Source: an archaeon
GTDB lineage: Archaea > Nanobdellota > Nanobdellia > Pacearchaeales > GW2011-AR1
Assembly: GCA_030605415.1 (NCBI GenBank)
Contig: JAUWIJ010000001.1
Span: 568-64,567 of the forward strand
Direction of reading: 5' to 3'
DNA: 64,000 nt
Notes under the pieces: model-generated
What the model was told of the DNA's origin: nothing
What the model saw: the letters and a program-made list of their open reading frames with translations, nothing else
The model's database searches: none
Part shown: positions 8,699-17,545 of the stretch, one piece after another
How positions within the stretch are numbered: the stretch's first letter is position 1
Layout of the letters: each line of letters begins with the position of its first letter
Position numbers and translations under genes: made by a program

Positions 8699-9424
8699 AT
8701 GAAGTTAAAAATATTATCTCTAAATATCTTTAGATATTATCAAGATTGGGAAACAAGAAAATCAAAAATTATTAATTTTATTAAAAAAACTAAACCTGAT
8801 ATTATCGTTCTTCAAGAATGTTTTGATGATTCTCGTTATAATAAGGAAGGAGATAATCAAGGCACTCAACTAAATAAGGAACTTGGTTTTAAAAATTGTA
8901 TTTATTCTATTGCAGAAAAACTTAAATCCGAAAGAGGAAAATTAATTGACGTCCCTGTTTATGATGGATTATGTCTATTAACCAACCTTTCAATTATTCA
9001 AAATAATGATATTAAATTAAAGAAAGCAATAGATGACAGACATGATAGAATTATTCAGAGAGTTGTTTTATCAAAAGAAGATAATAAATTTATATTATTT
9101 AATACTCATTTTTCCAACAGGGACGATTGGGCAAACGACCATTTAGAGGAAACAATTAATCTTGCCAAAAAAGAAACAAGCACTCCAATTATTATAGGAG
9201 ATTTAAATATAAAAGTTCAGGAAAATATAATGAAAATTACTGGAGAGGATTATAATATTTCTTGGTTTATAAAAAAATACATATCTTTTCCTTCCGAGGA
9301 AGAAACGTTTGATTATGTGCTCTTGCCAAAAATTGGATATAAATTTGAAAATATTTTTTGTTCAGGAAATCATTTATCGGACCATAAAGCGCTTGTTACT
9401 ACAATTTCTAAAGTAGAAAAGTGA
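8699..9424 (+). CDS. Endonuclease/exonuclease/phosphatase (EEP) family protein
   Basis: LKILSLNIF...PDIIVLQE N-terminal EEP motif. ORF track starts at 8675, but ATG 8699 (MKLKIL) is more likely. Confidence 0.6.
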   Translation: MKLKILSLNIFRYYQDWETRKSKIINFIKKTKPDIIVLQECFDDSRYNKEGDNQGTQLNKELGFKNCIYSIAEKLKSERGKLIDVPVYDGLCLLTNLSIIQNNDIKLKKAIDDRHDRIIQRVVLSKEDNKFILFNTHFSNRDDWANDHLEETINLAKKETSTPIIIGDLNIKVQENIMKITGEDYNISWFIKKYISFPSEEETFDYVLLPKIGYKFENIFCSGNHLSDHKALVTTISKVEK

Positions 9425-9585
9425 AAGATACGCCAATTAGTTAAGATTATTGAAGAGATTATTAATATTTAATTCTAATTTAACAAAAAAATATAAGAAG
9501 GTTGTAGAAGATTTAGATTTATCCGATTTTGAAAAAACCAAAGAAGAATATAATACCTTTTTGTAGAAAATCACTTCTAAAATCC

Positions 9586-9771
9586 CTAAAAATCTCCACC
9601 AGGTCCAACCGGTGCTGGCGTAGGAGCTGGTTCACTCGCCGCTGGCGCACTCGTCGTTGATGTACTCGCCGCTGGCGCACTCGGACTACTCAAACCACCA
9701 TTGCTTTGAGTAATTGCATACAAAATCGCTCCACCAACCAAAGCTGTACCAAGAATTGTTAAACGAGACAA
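9586..9771 (-). CDS. Small TM peptide with Pro/Ala/Ser/Thr-rich tail
   Basis: N-terminal hydrophobic helix. Low-complexity tail is encoded by a tandem 'actcgccgctggcgcactcg' repeat. May be spurious. Confidence 0.2.
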   Translation of the reverse strand: MSRLTILGTALVGGAILYAITQSNGGLSSPSAPAASTSTTSAPAASEPAPTPAPVGPGGDF

Positions 9772-9813
9772 CCATTACGCAAGGTTTATTAGTTTGTCTT
9801 TTGTTTTTATTGT

Positions 9814-12426
9814 ATGCCGTTTGATATAATTATTGGAAGAAACGAAAGCGACAAAAAAGCGTTCGGAAATAGAGGACTAGCTTTTATCGGGAAAAGTTTT
9901 GTTACAATGGGAAATTACACGTCGCTGTCGAACCCGATTTTCATGGACGTCGCTCGGTCGCATGTCATTCTAATAAGTGGAAAAAGAGGAAGCGGGAAAT
10001 GTCTTCACGAAGATAGCTTAATTAGTTTAGGAGACGGTTCTCAGGTTTCAATTAAAGATTTGGCTGAAAATTCTGAAAAGATTGTTTCAATGAATAATAA
10101 AATGAAAATGGAATTGGTGGATAAATCTAAGTTTTTTTCCAGAGAGGTTGATAAATTATTAAGTGTTAAACTAAGGAGTGGAAAAGAAATTAAATTAACT
10201 CCAGAGCATCCGCTTTTTACAGTGAAGGGGTGGATTCCTGTTGGTGAATTGGATGTTGGTAGTAGGATTGCGACTCCGAGGGTAATGCCGTGTTTTGGAG
10301 ATTTTCAAATGAAAGAGTGTGAGGTCAAGTTGCTTTCATACCTAATTGCGGAAGGGCATACTAAAAAAGTTGTTTTATTTTCTAATATGGATAAAGAAAT
10401 TGTTGAGGATTTTCGTGAAGCATTAAATAATTTTGATTCATCTCTAAGCTTAATTAAAGAACAAGAAGGTTGTTATAGAATTTCTGATCCTAATTGGAAG
10501 ACAAGTGTTTTGGAACATGATTTATCTCGGACTGATAAGGGGCAGTTTGTGAAAGGTACGAAAAATGTTTGTAGAAAAAGAAGTATTCGGGAATTGATTG
10601 AAAGGGAAAGTATTTTTGGAAAGTTGGCTGTCGAGAAATCCCTTTCTGATAATTTGATGAAACTAAGAAAGAAACAGATGATTTTGTTTTTAAATAGGTT
10701 GTTTAGTTGTGACGGGAGTATATATAAATCAAATAATTATTGGGAGATTTCTTATTCATCTTCTTCGGAAAAATTGATTTGTCAAGTTCAAAGCTTATTG
10801 TTGAGATTTGGTATTTTGTCTAAGCTGAGGGAGAAAAAAGTTAAATATAATGAGAAAATTTTTAATAGTTTTGAGTTGGTTTTGAATTCAGTTAATGTTG
10901 TGAGTTTTATTAAGCAAATTGGTTTTTTTGGACAGAAGGATGCTCGGATGGAAATTGCTCTTGAGGAAATTGATTTAGCCTCGAAGAATCCCAATGTTGA
11001 TATAATACCCAAGGAGATTTGGGATGGGTATCGTCCAAAGAATTGGGCAGAGATTGGTAGAAAATTGGGGTATAAACATCCTAAGGCAATGAGAGAAAGA
11101 ATTAGATATTGCCCTTCTCGAAATACTCTTATGAAGATTGCAGATGCCGATTCTCATGATTTATTTAAACGCTTTGCGAGTTCGGATATTTTTTGGGATG
11201 AGATTATTTCTGTTGATGTTTTAGAGGGAAATGCTACGGTTTATGATATTTGTGTTCCGCGTAATCATAATTTTGTTGCGAATGATATGATTGTTCATAA
11301 TAGCTACACAATTGGCACGATGGCTGAAGCGTTATCTGATTTGGGCGTCGAGGAGTCTGGGAATATAGCACCCTTGATTTTTGACACAATGGGAATTTTC
11401 TGGACGATGAAATATAAAAACGCAAAAGACGAAACCCTATTAGATGAATGGGAATTAGAACCAAAAAATATTCCAATGAGAGTTTTCGCCCCATTCGGTT
11501 ATTATCAAAAATATAAAGATAAGGGAGTTGATGTCGACGCTGAGTTTGCTATTAAAATTTCCGAGTTAGATTCGACAGATTGGGTCGCGCTTTTTGAGTT
11601 AAGGTTTACCGATGCGATTGCAGTTATAATTGAATCCGTAATCAGCGAGTTAAAAGAGTCAAAAGATAATTTTAGTTTTGAAGATATTTATAATTTAATT
11701 AGACGTGCGGAAAATGTTTCGCAGGAAGTCAAAAATTCGGCGATGGCATTATTCGATGCAGCGAAGAGCTGGAAGGTTTTTGACGAAGAAAAGGGAACAT
11801 CGGTCCGGGATTTGATTTCCGCAGGACGAACAACAGTGATTGACTTGTCGATGTATGCTTCGCTCGGAACTTTTAACGTCAGGGCTTTAATTATTAGTCT
11901 GGTTTCAAAGAAAATTTTTAATGAAAGGATGAGCGCAAGGAAAGACGAAGAAATTCAGGCAGTGCAACATGGTGCGGATTATGCGAGATATAAAATTAAA
12001 AGAGAGGTACCATTAGTCTGGATATTTATCGACGAAGCACACGAGTTTCTCCCCAGAGACGGAAAAACACCGGCGACAGATGCCCTGGTTCAAATATTAA
12101 GGGAGGGAAGACAACCCGGGATTTCAATAGTGATGGCGACGCAACAACCCGGAAAAATTCACACGGATGCGATGACCCAATCAGACATTATAATTTCACA
12201 TAGAGTCACAGCGAAGCTAGACGTCGACGCCCTAAATGACATTACGCAAAGCTATATGTATTCAAATATCTCGGAAAAAATTAACGGACTGCCTCGGCTG
12301 AAAGGTTCGGCTATTATTTTAGACGACAACTCGGAAAGAATTTATCCAATGAGAATCAGACCACGATGGACTTGGCACGGCGGCGAAGCACCGACAGCAA
12401 TCAAAAAAGTTGATGAAGAATTGTAG
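9814..12426 (+). CDS. HerA/FtsK-superfamily (COG0433-like) ATPase containing an intein
   Basis: Walker A GKRGSGK|C...HN|SYT is interrupted by the intein. Walker B VWIFIDEAHEF. ATQQPG motif. Confidence 0.8.
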   Translation: MPFDIIIGRNESDKKAFGNRGLAFIGKSFVTMGNYTSLSNPIFMDVARSHVILISGKRGSGKCLHEDSLISLGDGSQVSIKDLAENSEKIVSMNNKMKMELVDKSKFFSREVDKLLSVKLRSGKEIKLTPEHPLFTVKGWIPVGELDVGSRIATPRVMPCFGDFQMKECEVKLLSYLIAEGHTKKVVLFSNMDKEIVEDFREALNNFDSSLSLIKEQEGCYRISDPNWKTSVLEHDLSRTDKGQFVKGTKNVCRKRSIRELIERESIFGKLAVEKSLSDNLMKLRKKQMILFLNRLFSCDGSIYKSNNYWEISYSSSSEKLICQVQSLLLRFGILSKLREKKVKYNEKIFNSFELVLNSVNVVSFIKQIGFFGQKDARMEIALEEIDLASKNPNVDIIPKEIWDGYRPKNWAEIGRKLGYKHPKAMRERIRYCPSRNTLMKIADADSHDLFKRFASSDIFWDEIISVDVLEGNATVYDICVPRNHNFVANDMIVHNSYTIGTMAEALSDLGVEESGNIAPLIFDTMGIFWTMKYKNAKDETLLDEWELEPKNIPMRVFAPFGYYQKYKDKGVDVDAEFAIKISELDSTDWVALFELRFTDAIAVIIESVISELKESKDNFSFEDIYNLIRRAENVSQEVKNSAMALFDAAKSWKVFDEEKGTSVRDLISAGRTTVIDLSMYASLGTFNVRALIISLVSKKIFNERMSARKDEEIQAVQHGADYARYKIKREVPLVWIFIDEAHEFLPRDGKTPATDALVQILREGRQPGISIVMATQQPGKIHTDAMTQSDIIISHRVTAKLDVDALNDITQSYMYSNISEKINGLPRLKGSAIILDDNSERIYPMRIRPRWTWHGGEAPTAIKKVDEEL
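10000..11301 (+). mobile_element. Intein (434 aa) with LAGLIDADG homing endonuclease, inserted in the P-loop
   Basis: Begins with Cys (CLHEDSLISLGDGS, block A). Ends VHN followed by Ser. LAGLIDADG-like motifs LLSYLIAEGH and LNRLFSCDGSIY. Confidence 0.8.
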
Positions 12427-12439
12427 GAAACGTCTTTGA

Positions 12440-12520
12440 CGTTGCGGTTGGGAGTTAGGGGTTGGGAGTTGGGGGCGGGAAACTCCAAACTCCAAACTTC
12501 TAACTACCAACTGGAGAGGG
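12440..12520. repeat. Family-A G-rich repeat element (GGGAGTTGGG / CCAACT-type), intergenic
   Basis: gttgggagttaggggttgggagttggggg...aactccaaactccaaacttctaactaccaact. Related copies at 16845-16935, 19492-19572, 21258-21362, 31417-31555 and 32913-32965. Confidence 0.8.
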
Positions 12521-12562
12521 GGGAAATATTTATAAACAAGTCATTCTTAATATATTCAGAAA

Positions 12563-13234
12563 ATGGTGAAAAAAATTCAGATTAACATGTCGAACAAATC
12601 GTTTTATTCGTTGATTGTGTTTGGGGTTTTGATTTTGGCAGGCATTGGAGTTTACGCTTATAATTCTGGGGCTGACCCGTCGGTGATGGGGCATTCTATT
12701 GATGAGATTGAGGGATTGGGTTCTCTTATGGATAATTATTACACTAAAAGTGAAGTTTATACTCAAAGTGAAGTTTACACCAAAGAACAAATTGATGCTA
12801 TGATTTCTACAATAGAATCTGGCGGAACTGGATGTCCTGTAGGATATACACTTTATAAACAAAGCACTGAAACAGCGAAATGTTATAAGGATGGAAAGAT
12901 TATTACTATTCTATGGTATGCGTATGGTACAGTGATGAGTGGGCGTGACTGGCAGTGTGAAGGACGTATTAATAGTGGGAACCTTCAAACTCGCGCAACT
13001 TCCAACCCTGGAGATTATAATGAGGTTTCTAGTGGTTGGGTAGATGGAACAAGCGAAACATACCAAATGTATTATCCTCAATATAGAATTAGATGTGTTC
13101 CAAATTGGAAAGGAATGATTATGCAATATGAGAATTCAGTATATGGCACTCCAATGTGGCGCCCAACAGCGGAGTATCATCTAAGCCCAAAAGGGTATGA
13201 AGTTAGTTGGGGTAATGTTCTCCAAATTAATTAA
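12563..13234 (+). CDS. Secreted/TM-anchored protein with tail-fibre-like SEVYT repeats
   Basis: N-terminal TM/signal. 'KSEVYTQSEVYTKEQID' repeat. The first ~33 codons and the promoter are identical to the 19611 gene. Confidence 0.45.
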   Translation: MVKKIQINMSNKSFYSLIVFGVLILAGIGVYAYNSGADPSVMGHSIDEIEGLGSLMDNYYTKSEVYTQSEVYTKEQIDAMISTIESGGTGCPVGYTLYKQSTETAKCYKDGKIITILWYAYGTVMSGRDWQCEGRINSGNLQTRATSNPGDYNEVSSGWVDGTSETYQMYYPQYRIRCVPNWKGMIMQYENSVYGTPMWRPTAEYHLSPKGYEVSWGNVLQIN

Positions 13235-13300
13235 CTTCTGACATAATTAAAAATTAATTAAGTGTAATAATATTTATAAAGAGTTGAAAGATAAGATTTC

Positions 13301-13987
13301 ATGGGAGTTATCGCGAGCTCAAGTAACTGGATAGATTATGCCAATGCGGTTGGAGATTTTAATAAAGCTCATAGAAAAGATACCGTTGCTCAAGAGTATG
13401 GTTTAGATAGTAAAATTGCTCCCGGAATGTGGTTGGCTTCGCATATTCAGGGAAAGGAAAAAATTTCTGGCGTAAAACAAATTAAATTTCCCGAAGTGGT
13501 TCACGAGTGGGATTATTTTGAAATTACAAATACTAATGGGAAACCAAAAGAGAGAAATTATAAATTTAATTGTGAGGGCAAAAAAGTATGTGAAATTACA
13601 GGTGTTGCATTTCGAGATTACGATAGTCCCGCGGGAGATTTAGAAGACGTCCTCCATGAATACAAAACAGAGATAAGACAAAACCAAATCAATAACTATT
13701 GGAAATCTATCGGTCATCTTAAAGGAAACGGCAAGACTTTACCTAATATGTATTTAGCGTCACTGTTTGCTCCGGCTCTGTTAGATTTTGGAGAAAAAAC
13801 GGGATTGACAGGTTTTCATGCGACTCAAAATTTTCAAATTCATAAAGATTATTCCGAAGGGAAAATTAACTTTTTAATCGGGGACAGAAAAGACAGAGGA
13901 CCATTAAGTTTTTTGAAATTAAGAGGTTATCAAAATGGCGATATGGTAATTTCCGGAGGGGCAGGAATTCTTCTTTCTGATATGTAA
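13301..13987 (+). CDS. Hypothetical protein, possible MaoC/hotdog-like N-terminus
   Basis: GDFNKAHRKD...IAPGMWLAS resembles the MaoC dehydratase motif. Weak. Confidence 0.3.
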   Translation: MGVIASSSNWIDYANAVGDFNKAHRKDTVAQEYGLDSKIAPGMWLASHIQGKEKISGVKQIKFPEVVHEWDYFEITNTNGKPKERNYKFNCEGKKVCEITGVAFRDYDSPAGDLEDVLHEYKTEIRQNQINNYWKSIGHLKGNGKTLPNMYLASLFAPALLDFGEKTGLTGFHATQNFQIHKDYSEGKINFLIGDRKDRGPLSFLKLRGYQNGDMVISGGAGILLSDM

Positions 13988-14032
13988 TTATTTAACCTTA
14001 AAGCTCACTTGCCAACAGTATCTGTAAGCTCC

Positions 14033-14077
14033 AATATGGGCACAAATAAATTATAGTTTAAATGGTGCCCATATTTT
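14033..14077. repeat. Palindrome ATATGGGCAC-N21-GTGCCCATAT downstream of Fic. A second copy at 15000-15041 lies upstream of Fic
   Basis: atatgggcacaaataaattatagttt aaatggtgcccatat versus atatgggcacatgtttataaatgtttgttttgtgcccatat. Confidence 0.7.
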
Positions 14078-14080
14078 AGA

Positions 14081-14992
14081 TTAATCAAAAAAGTCTTTGA
14101 TGTTTTCTTCGAGTGTCTCAATTAGAAAAAAAAATATTAAATCATATTTTTCGTCGTTTGCTCCCCTTGTTGCTTGTAAGTATTTTTGTCTTTGTTTACT
14201 ATATATGTTTATCCAGGGATAGTTTTTTTTGCTTAGTAGAAAATTCATAATTAGTCTTGAAACTCTTCCGTTTCCGTCTATGAAAGGGTGGATTGTTACG
14301 AATTTCATTGAAACTAAGATTGCTAATTCGAATGGGGAGTAGTTGTTTTTATTTTGTTTATACCAGTAGAGTAAATTTCTTATTAGCTGCGGGACTTTTT
14401 CTGGGACAGGAATCTTGAAGGTGCTGCCGGTGATTCTTACATTTGTTTGTCTGTACTTTCCTGCAAATCTTTCTGAGATATCTTTTAGTATTATGGAATG
14501 TAGTTTTAGGATGAGTTCTTCGGTTAAATCTCCTTTGTATTCTTTTAGATAATTTAGTACCTTTTGGTGATTTTTTGCTTCGTAGATTTCTCTTATCGTT
14601 TTTCCTTCTGGTGAAATATTGTCGTTAATAATTAGAGATGTTTCTTGTAGTGAGAGTGTATTTCCTTCTATCGCGTTGCTGTTATAGGTTAGCTCTGTGA
14701 AAAATGCCTCTTCGAATTTTTCGAATTCGTCTTTGTTTAGTTTTTTAATTTCTTTGTTGTATTTGTTTTTTAGCGTTTCAATTCGAGTTGCTTGGTCTTT
14801 TTCTATGTAGTTGTATTTTTCTGCCATTAATTCTGTTTCGAATTTTTCTTTTAATTCTATTATTTCTTTTTTGGATTTTGTTCCCGTTCCAATGAATTTG
14901 CTTTTTTTAATCCATTTATTGTTAACTCGTTTGTTGTGGATTAGGTAATTTTGGGTTTCTCTATTAACTTTTCTTGTCTCATGATATACCAT
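14081..14992 (-). CDS. Fic/Doc family protein (AMPylase-like)
   Basis: Canonical Fic motif HPFIDGNGRVSRL. Confidence 0.85.
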   Translation of the reverse strand: MVYHETRKVNRETQNYLIHNKRVNNKWIKKSKFIGTGTKSKKEIIELKEKFETELMAEKYNYIEKDQATRIETLKNKYNKEIKKLNKDEFEKFEEAFFTELTYNSNAIEGNTLSLQETSLIINDNISPEGKTIREIYEAKNHQKVLNYLKEYKGDLTEELILKLHSIILKDISERFAGKYRQTNVRITGSTFKIPVPEKVPQLIRNLLYWYKQNKNNYSPFELAILVSMKFVTIHPFIDGNGRVSRLIMNFLLSKKNYPWINIYSKQRQKYLQATRGANDEKYDLIFFFLIETLEENIKDFFD

Positions 14993-15049
14993 ATTTATTT
15001 ATATGGGCACATGTTTATAAATGTTTGTTTTGTGCCCATATGAGATTTA

Positions 15050-15235
15050 TCATTTAACTTTAAATGTTGCTTGCCAACGGTATTTATAAGCTCCGATGTC
15101 GCCGGCTTTTCGGATTTTGATTTTGCCGATTTTACATAGAGTGTCTTTTTTTATTTCGTCCAAGACTTCTTCCCTTGTCCCAAACCCGTGATAAAAAATT
15201 ACCGTTCCCTTTTTAGAAGTCACTAAAATTACAAA
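15050..15235. repeat. Pseudo-copy (~180 bp, ~85% id) of the trm5 3' end
   Basis: Aligns with 16590-16770 (ttgccaacg.tat.tataagc.ccgat...ttcggattttgatt.tgccgatttta...cttcttcccttgtcccaaacccgtgata.aaaatta). A shorter 45-bp copy lies at 13995-14040. Confidence 0.85.
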
Positions 15236-15289
15236 TATATCTTATTTCTATTAACAATGGAAATTATATGACCAATATCTCCATTCTAA

Positions 15290-16579
15290 ATGGATAGTTT
15301 TATAAAGTCTATTCGTCATAGAATGTTTATGAATAAAATAGAGCTTAAAGAAATAATTTTAGATCAAAATAGGGAAAGAAAAGAAGAAAAGCTAATAGAA
15401 AGGGAAGTTTTTTCTAAAATTAAAGATTATGCAAAAAATCGTTTTGTAATAATTATTTCGGGGATACGAAGAAGTGGCAAATCAACATTATTGAGTCAAA
15501 TAAAGAATAAATATCCTGGTTATTATCTTAATTTTGACGACGACAGATTAGTCAATTTTAAATTAGAAAATTTTCAAATTTTATATGAAACTCTTATTGA
15601 GATATATGGTGAAAAAAATAATTTTTATTTTGACGAAATACAAAATATTGCGGGATGGGAAAGATTTGTCAGAAGATTACATGATGAAAGAGAAAAGGTT
15701 TTTGTAACTGGCTCTAATGCTTCTATGCTTAGCAGAGAGCTTGGAACTCATTTAACAGGAAGACATTTAGAAATGAACTTGTTTCCCTTTTCATTTAGAG
15801 AATTTTTAAATTTCAAGGAATTCAGTATAAATAAAAAATCAATTTACCTGACTAAAGAAAAAGCAAAAATAAAAAAATATTTTGAAGAATATTTATTAGA
15901 GGGAGGACTTCCGGAATATCTCAAGACCAATAATAAAGAATATCTTAAAACTCTTTATGATAATATTCTGTATAGGGATATAATAGTAAGATATAAGTTG
16001 TCAAATGAAAAAATTATAAAGGAGCTTGTTTATTTAGCCGTGACTAATATAGCAAAAGAAATAAGTTTCAATTCAATGAAAAAGTTATTGGGTTTTGGAA
16101 GTTCAACCACCGTAAAAGAGTATTTCAGTTATTTAGAGAACAGTTTTCTTATTTTTTTAGTGCCAAAATTTGACTATTCTTTAAAGAAACAAGTTTATTC
16201 AAATAAAAAAGTATACGTGATTGATAATGGTCTTGCGGTGAATTTAGGATTTAGATTTTCAAAAGATTCAGGCAAGTTGTTAGAAAATCTTGTGTTTGTC
16301 GAATTAAAAAGGAAGGGCAGAGAAATATTTTATTATTCTAATAAGCATGAATGTGATTTTGTCATTAGAGATAAAATGAAAATTAAAGAGGCGATACAAG
16401 TTTGTTATGAGTTTAATGAAGAGAATAAAAAGAGAGAGATTGAAGGACTGGTTGAAGCTATGGAAAATTTCAAATTGAAGAATGGCTTAATTTTAACTTA
16501 TGACCAAAATGAAGAATTTATTTTTAAAAAGAAAAATATAAAAGTTATTTCTGTTTGGAAATGGCTGTTAGAAGAATAA
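15290..16579 (+). CDS. AAA+ ATPase with DUF4143-type C-terminal domain
   Basis: Walker A IISGIRRSGKSTLL. Architecture matches the common archaeal 'ATP-binding protein (DUF4143)' family. Confidence 0.65.
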   Translation: MDSFIKSIRHRMFMNKIELKEIILDQNRERKEEKLIEREVFSKIKDYAKNRFVIIISGIRRSGKSTLLSQIKNKYPGYYLNFDDDRLVNFKLENFQILYETLIEIYGEKNNFYFDEIQNIAGWERFVRRLHDEREKVFVTGSNASMLSRELGTHLTGRHLEMNLFPFSFREFLNFKEFSINKKSIYLTKEKAKIKKYFEEYLLEGGLPEYLKTNNKEYLKTLYDNILYRDIIVRYKLSNEKIIKELVYLAVTNIAKEISFNSMKKLLGFGSSTTVKEYFSYLENSFLIFLVPKFDYSLKKQVYSNKKVYVIDNGLAVNLGFRFSKDSGKLLENLVFVELKRKGREIFYYSNKHECDFVIRDKMKIKEAIQVCYEFNEENKKREIEGLVEAMENFKLKNGLILTYDQNEEFIFKKKNIKVISVWKWLLEE

Positions 16580-16588
16580 AGGTTTTAA

Positions 16589-17503
16589 TCATCTAACCTT
16601 AAAACTCGCTTGCCAACGATACTTATAAGCCCCGATATCACCCGCCTTTCGGATTTTGATTCTGCCGATTTTATTTTTAGTGTCTGTTTTTATTTCGCTT
16701 AAAACTTCTTCCCTTGTCCCAAACCCGTGATAGAAAATTATTGTTCCTTTCTTTGAAAGTTTAAGCGCGGTTTTGAGAAAAGTATCTTTGAGGTTTGGTC
16801 GGGGCATCAAGATAATATCGAAGGTTTCGATATTATCAGGGATTAGGAATTTGGGATTTGGAATTTGTGGGAGCAGAGGACTACCAACTACAAACTCCCA
16901 ACTCCGAACTGGGGATGAGGATTTGGAATTAGGGACATGTCTAAGTTTTGTTGGTAATTTCTTCGCGTCGCCATCGACCAATGTTATATAATTTTGAAAT
17001 TTATTCAGAACAATATTTTTCTTCGCTGACTCATTCGCCTTTTTATTAAGTTCATTTGAAATTATGACCGCGTGTTTCCCCGCCTGTTTTAATTTTCTCG
17101 CAATAATAATTGGATAAGGAGCAACTCCGGCAAACATGACAAGGATTTTTGTGCCAGATTTTTTAGATAACTTAACAACCTCGTCGGCGATAATTTTTCT
17201 TTCATTTGACAACCGCGGAGAAAAATAAGATTCGTCGATATTAAATTTGAATACACACTGGTTTTCTCTGTATATTGTTTCCTTTGTTTTGATTCCCGCG
17301 AGGTGTTTTGTTTTCAAGATTCGAAGTTTTCCCGAGAAGCCTTCGGTTTTTTCGACGACAGTCATAACTGTTTTATTCTCTTTCAAAAATTTTCTTGCTT
17401 TTAATTTTTTAATTAACCATAAGGTTCGTCTTGGAAATTTTAGAATCGCGATATTTCCGAGGATGTCCTGAGGAATTTTTTTCATAAATAAATACAATTT
17501 CAT
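16589..17503 (-). CDS. trm5: tRNA (guanine37-N1)-methyltransferase Trm5 family, with in-frame repeat insertion
   Basis: FSPRLSNER and MFAGVAPY SAM-MTase motifs. Carries a ~30-aa insert (HVPNSKSSSPVRSWEFVVGSPLLPQIPNPKF) encoded by a family-A repeat at ~16845-16935. Confidence 0.7.
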   Translation of the reverse strand: MKLYLFMKKIPQDILGNIAILKFPRRTLWLIKKLKARKFLKENKTVMTVVEKTEGFSGKLRILKTKHLAGIKTKETIYRENQCVFKFNIDESYFSPRLSNERKIIADEVVKLSKKSGTKILVMFAGVAPYPIIIARKLKQAGKHAVIISNELNKKANESAKKNIVLNKFQNYITLVDGDAKKLPTKLRHVPNSKSSSPVRSWEFVVGSPLLPQIPNPKFLIPDNIETFDIILMPRPNLKDTFLKTALKLSKKGTIIFYHGFGTREEVLSEIKTDTKNKIGRIKIRKAGDIGAYKYRWQASFKVR

Positions 17504-17545
17504 AGATATAAAAAGTTTTGGAAGCGTTTCTGACGTTACTTTATA

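Noticed and set aside
9600-9690. Tandem 'actcgccgctggcgcactcg' repeat encoding a PAAS-rich tail in the 61-aa ORF 9586-9771.
   Set aside because: This is most likely low-complexity DNA between the EEP and HerA genes. The ORF has a plausible TM start but no other support, so it is kept only as a low-confidence feature rather than a finding.
13990-16770. Interpretation of the trm5-associated cassettes as a conventional integrase-mediated genomic island.
   Set aside because: No tyrosine/serine recombinase, transposase, Cas1 or other integrase-like ORF is present anywhere in the 64-kb window. Cargoes are single genes of 0.9-1.3 kb. The repeats are diverged (85-95%) rather than exact. A classical integrative element is therefore not supported, and the mechanism remains open.
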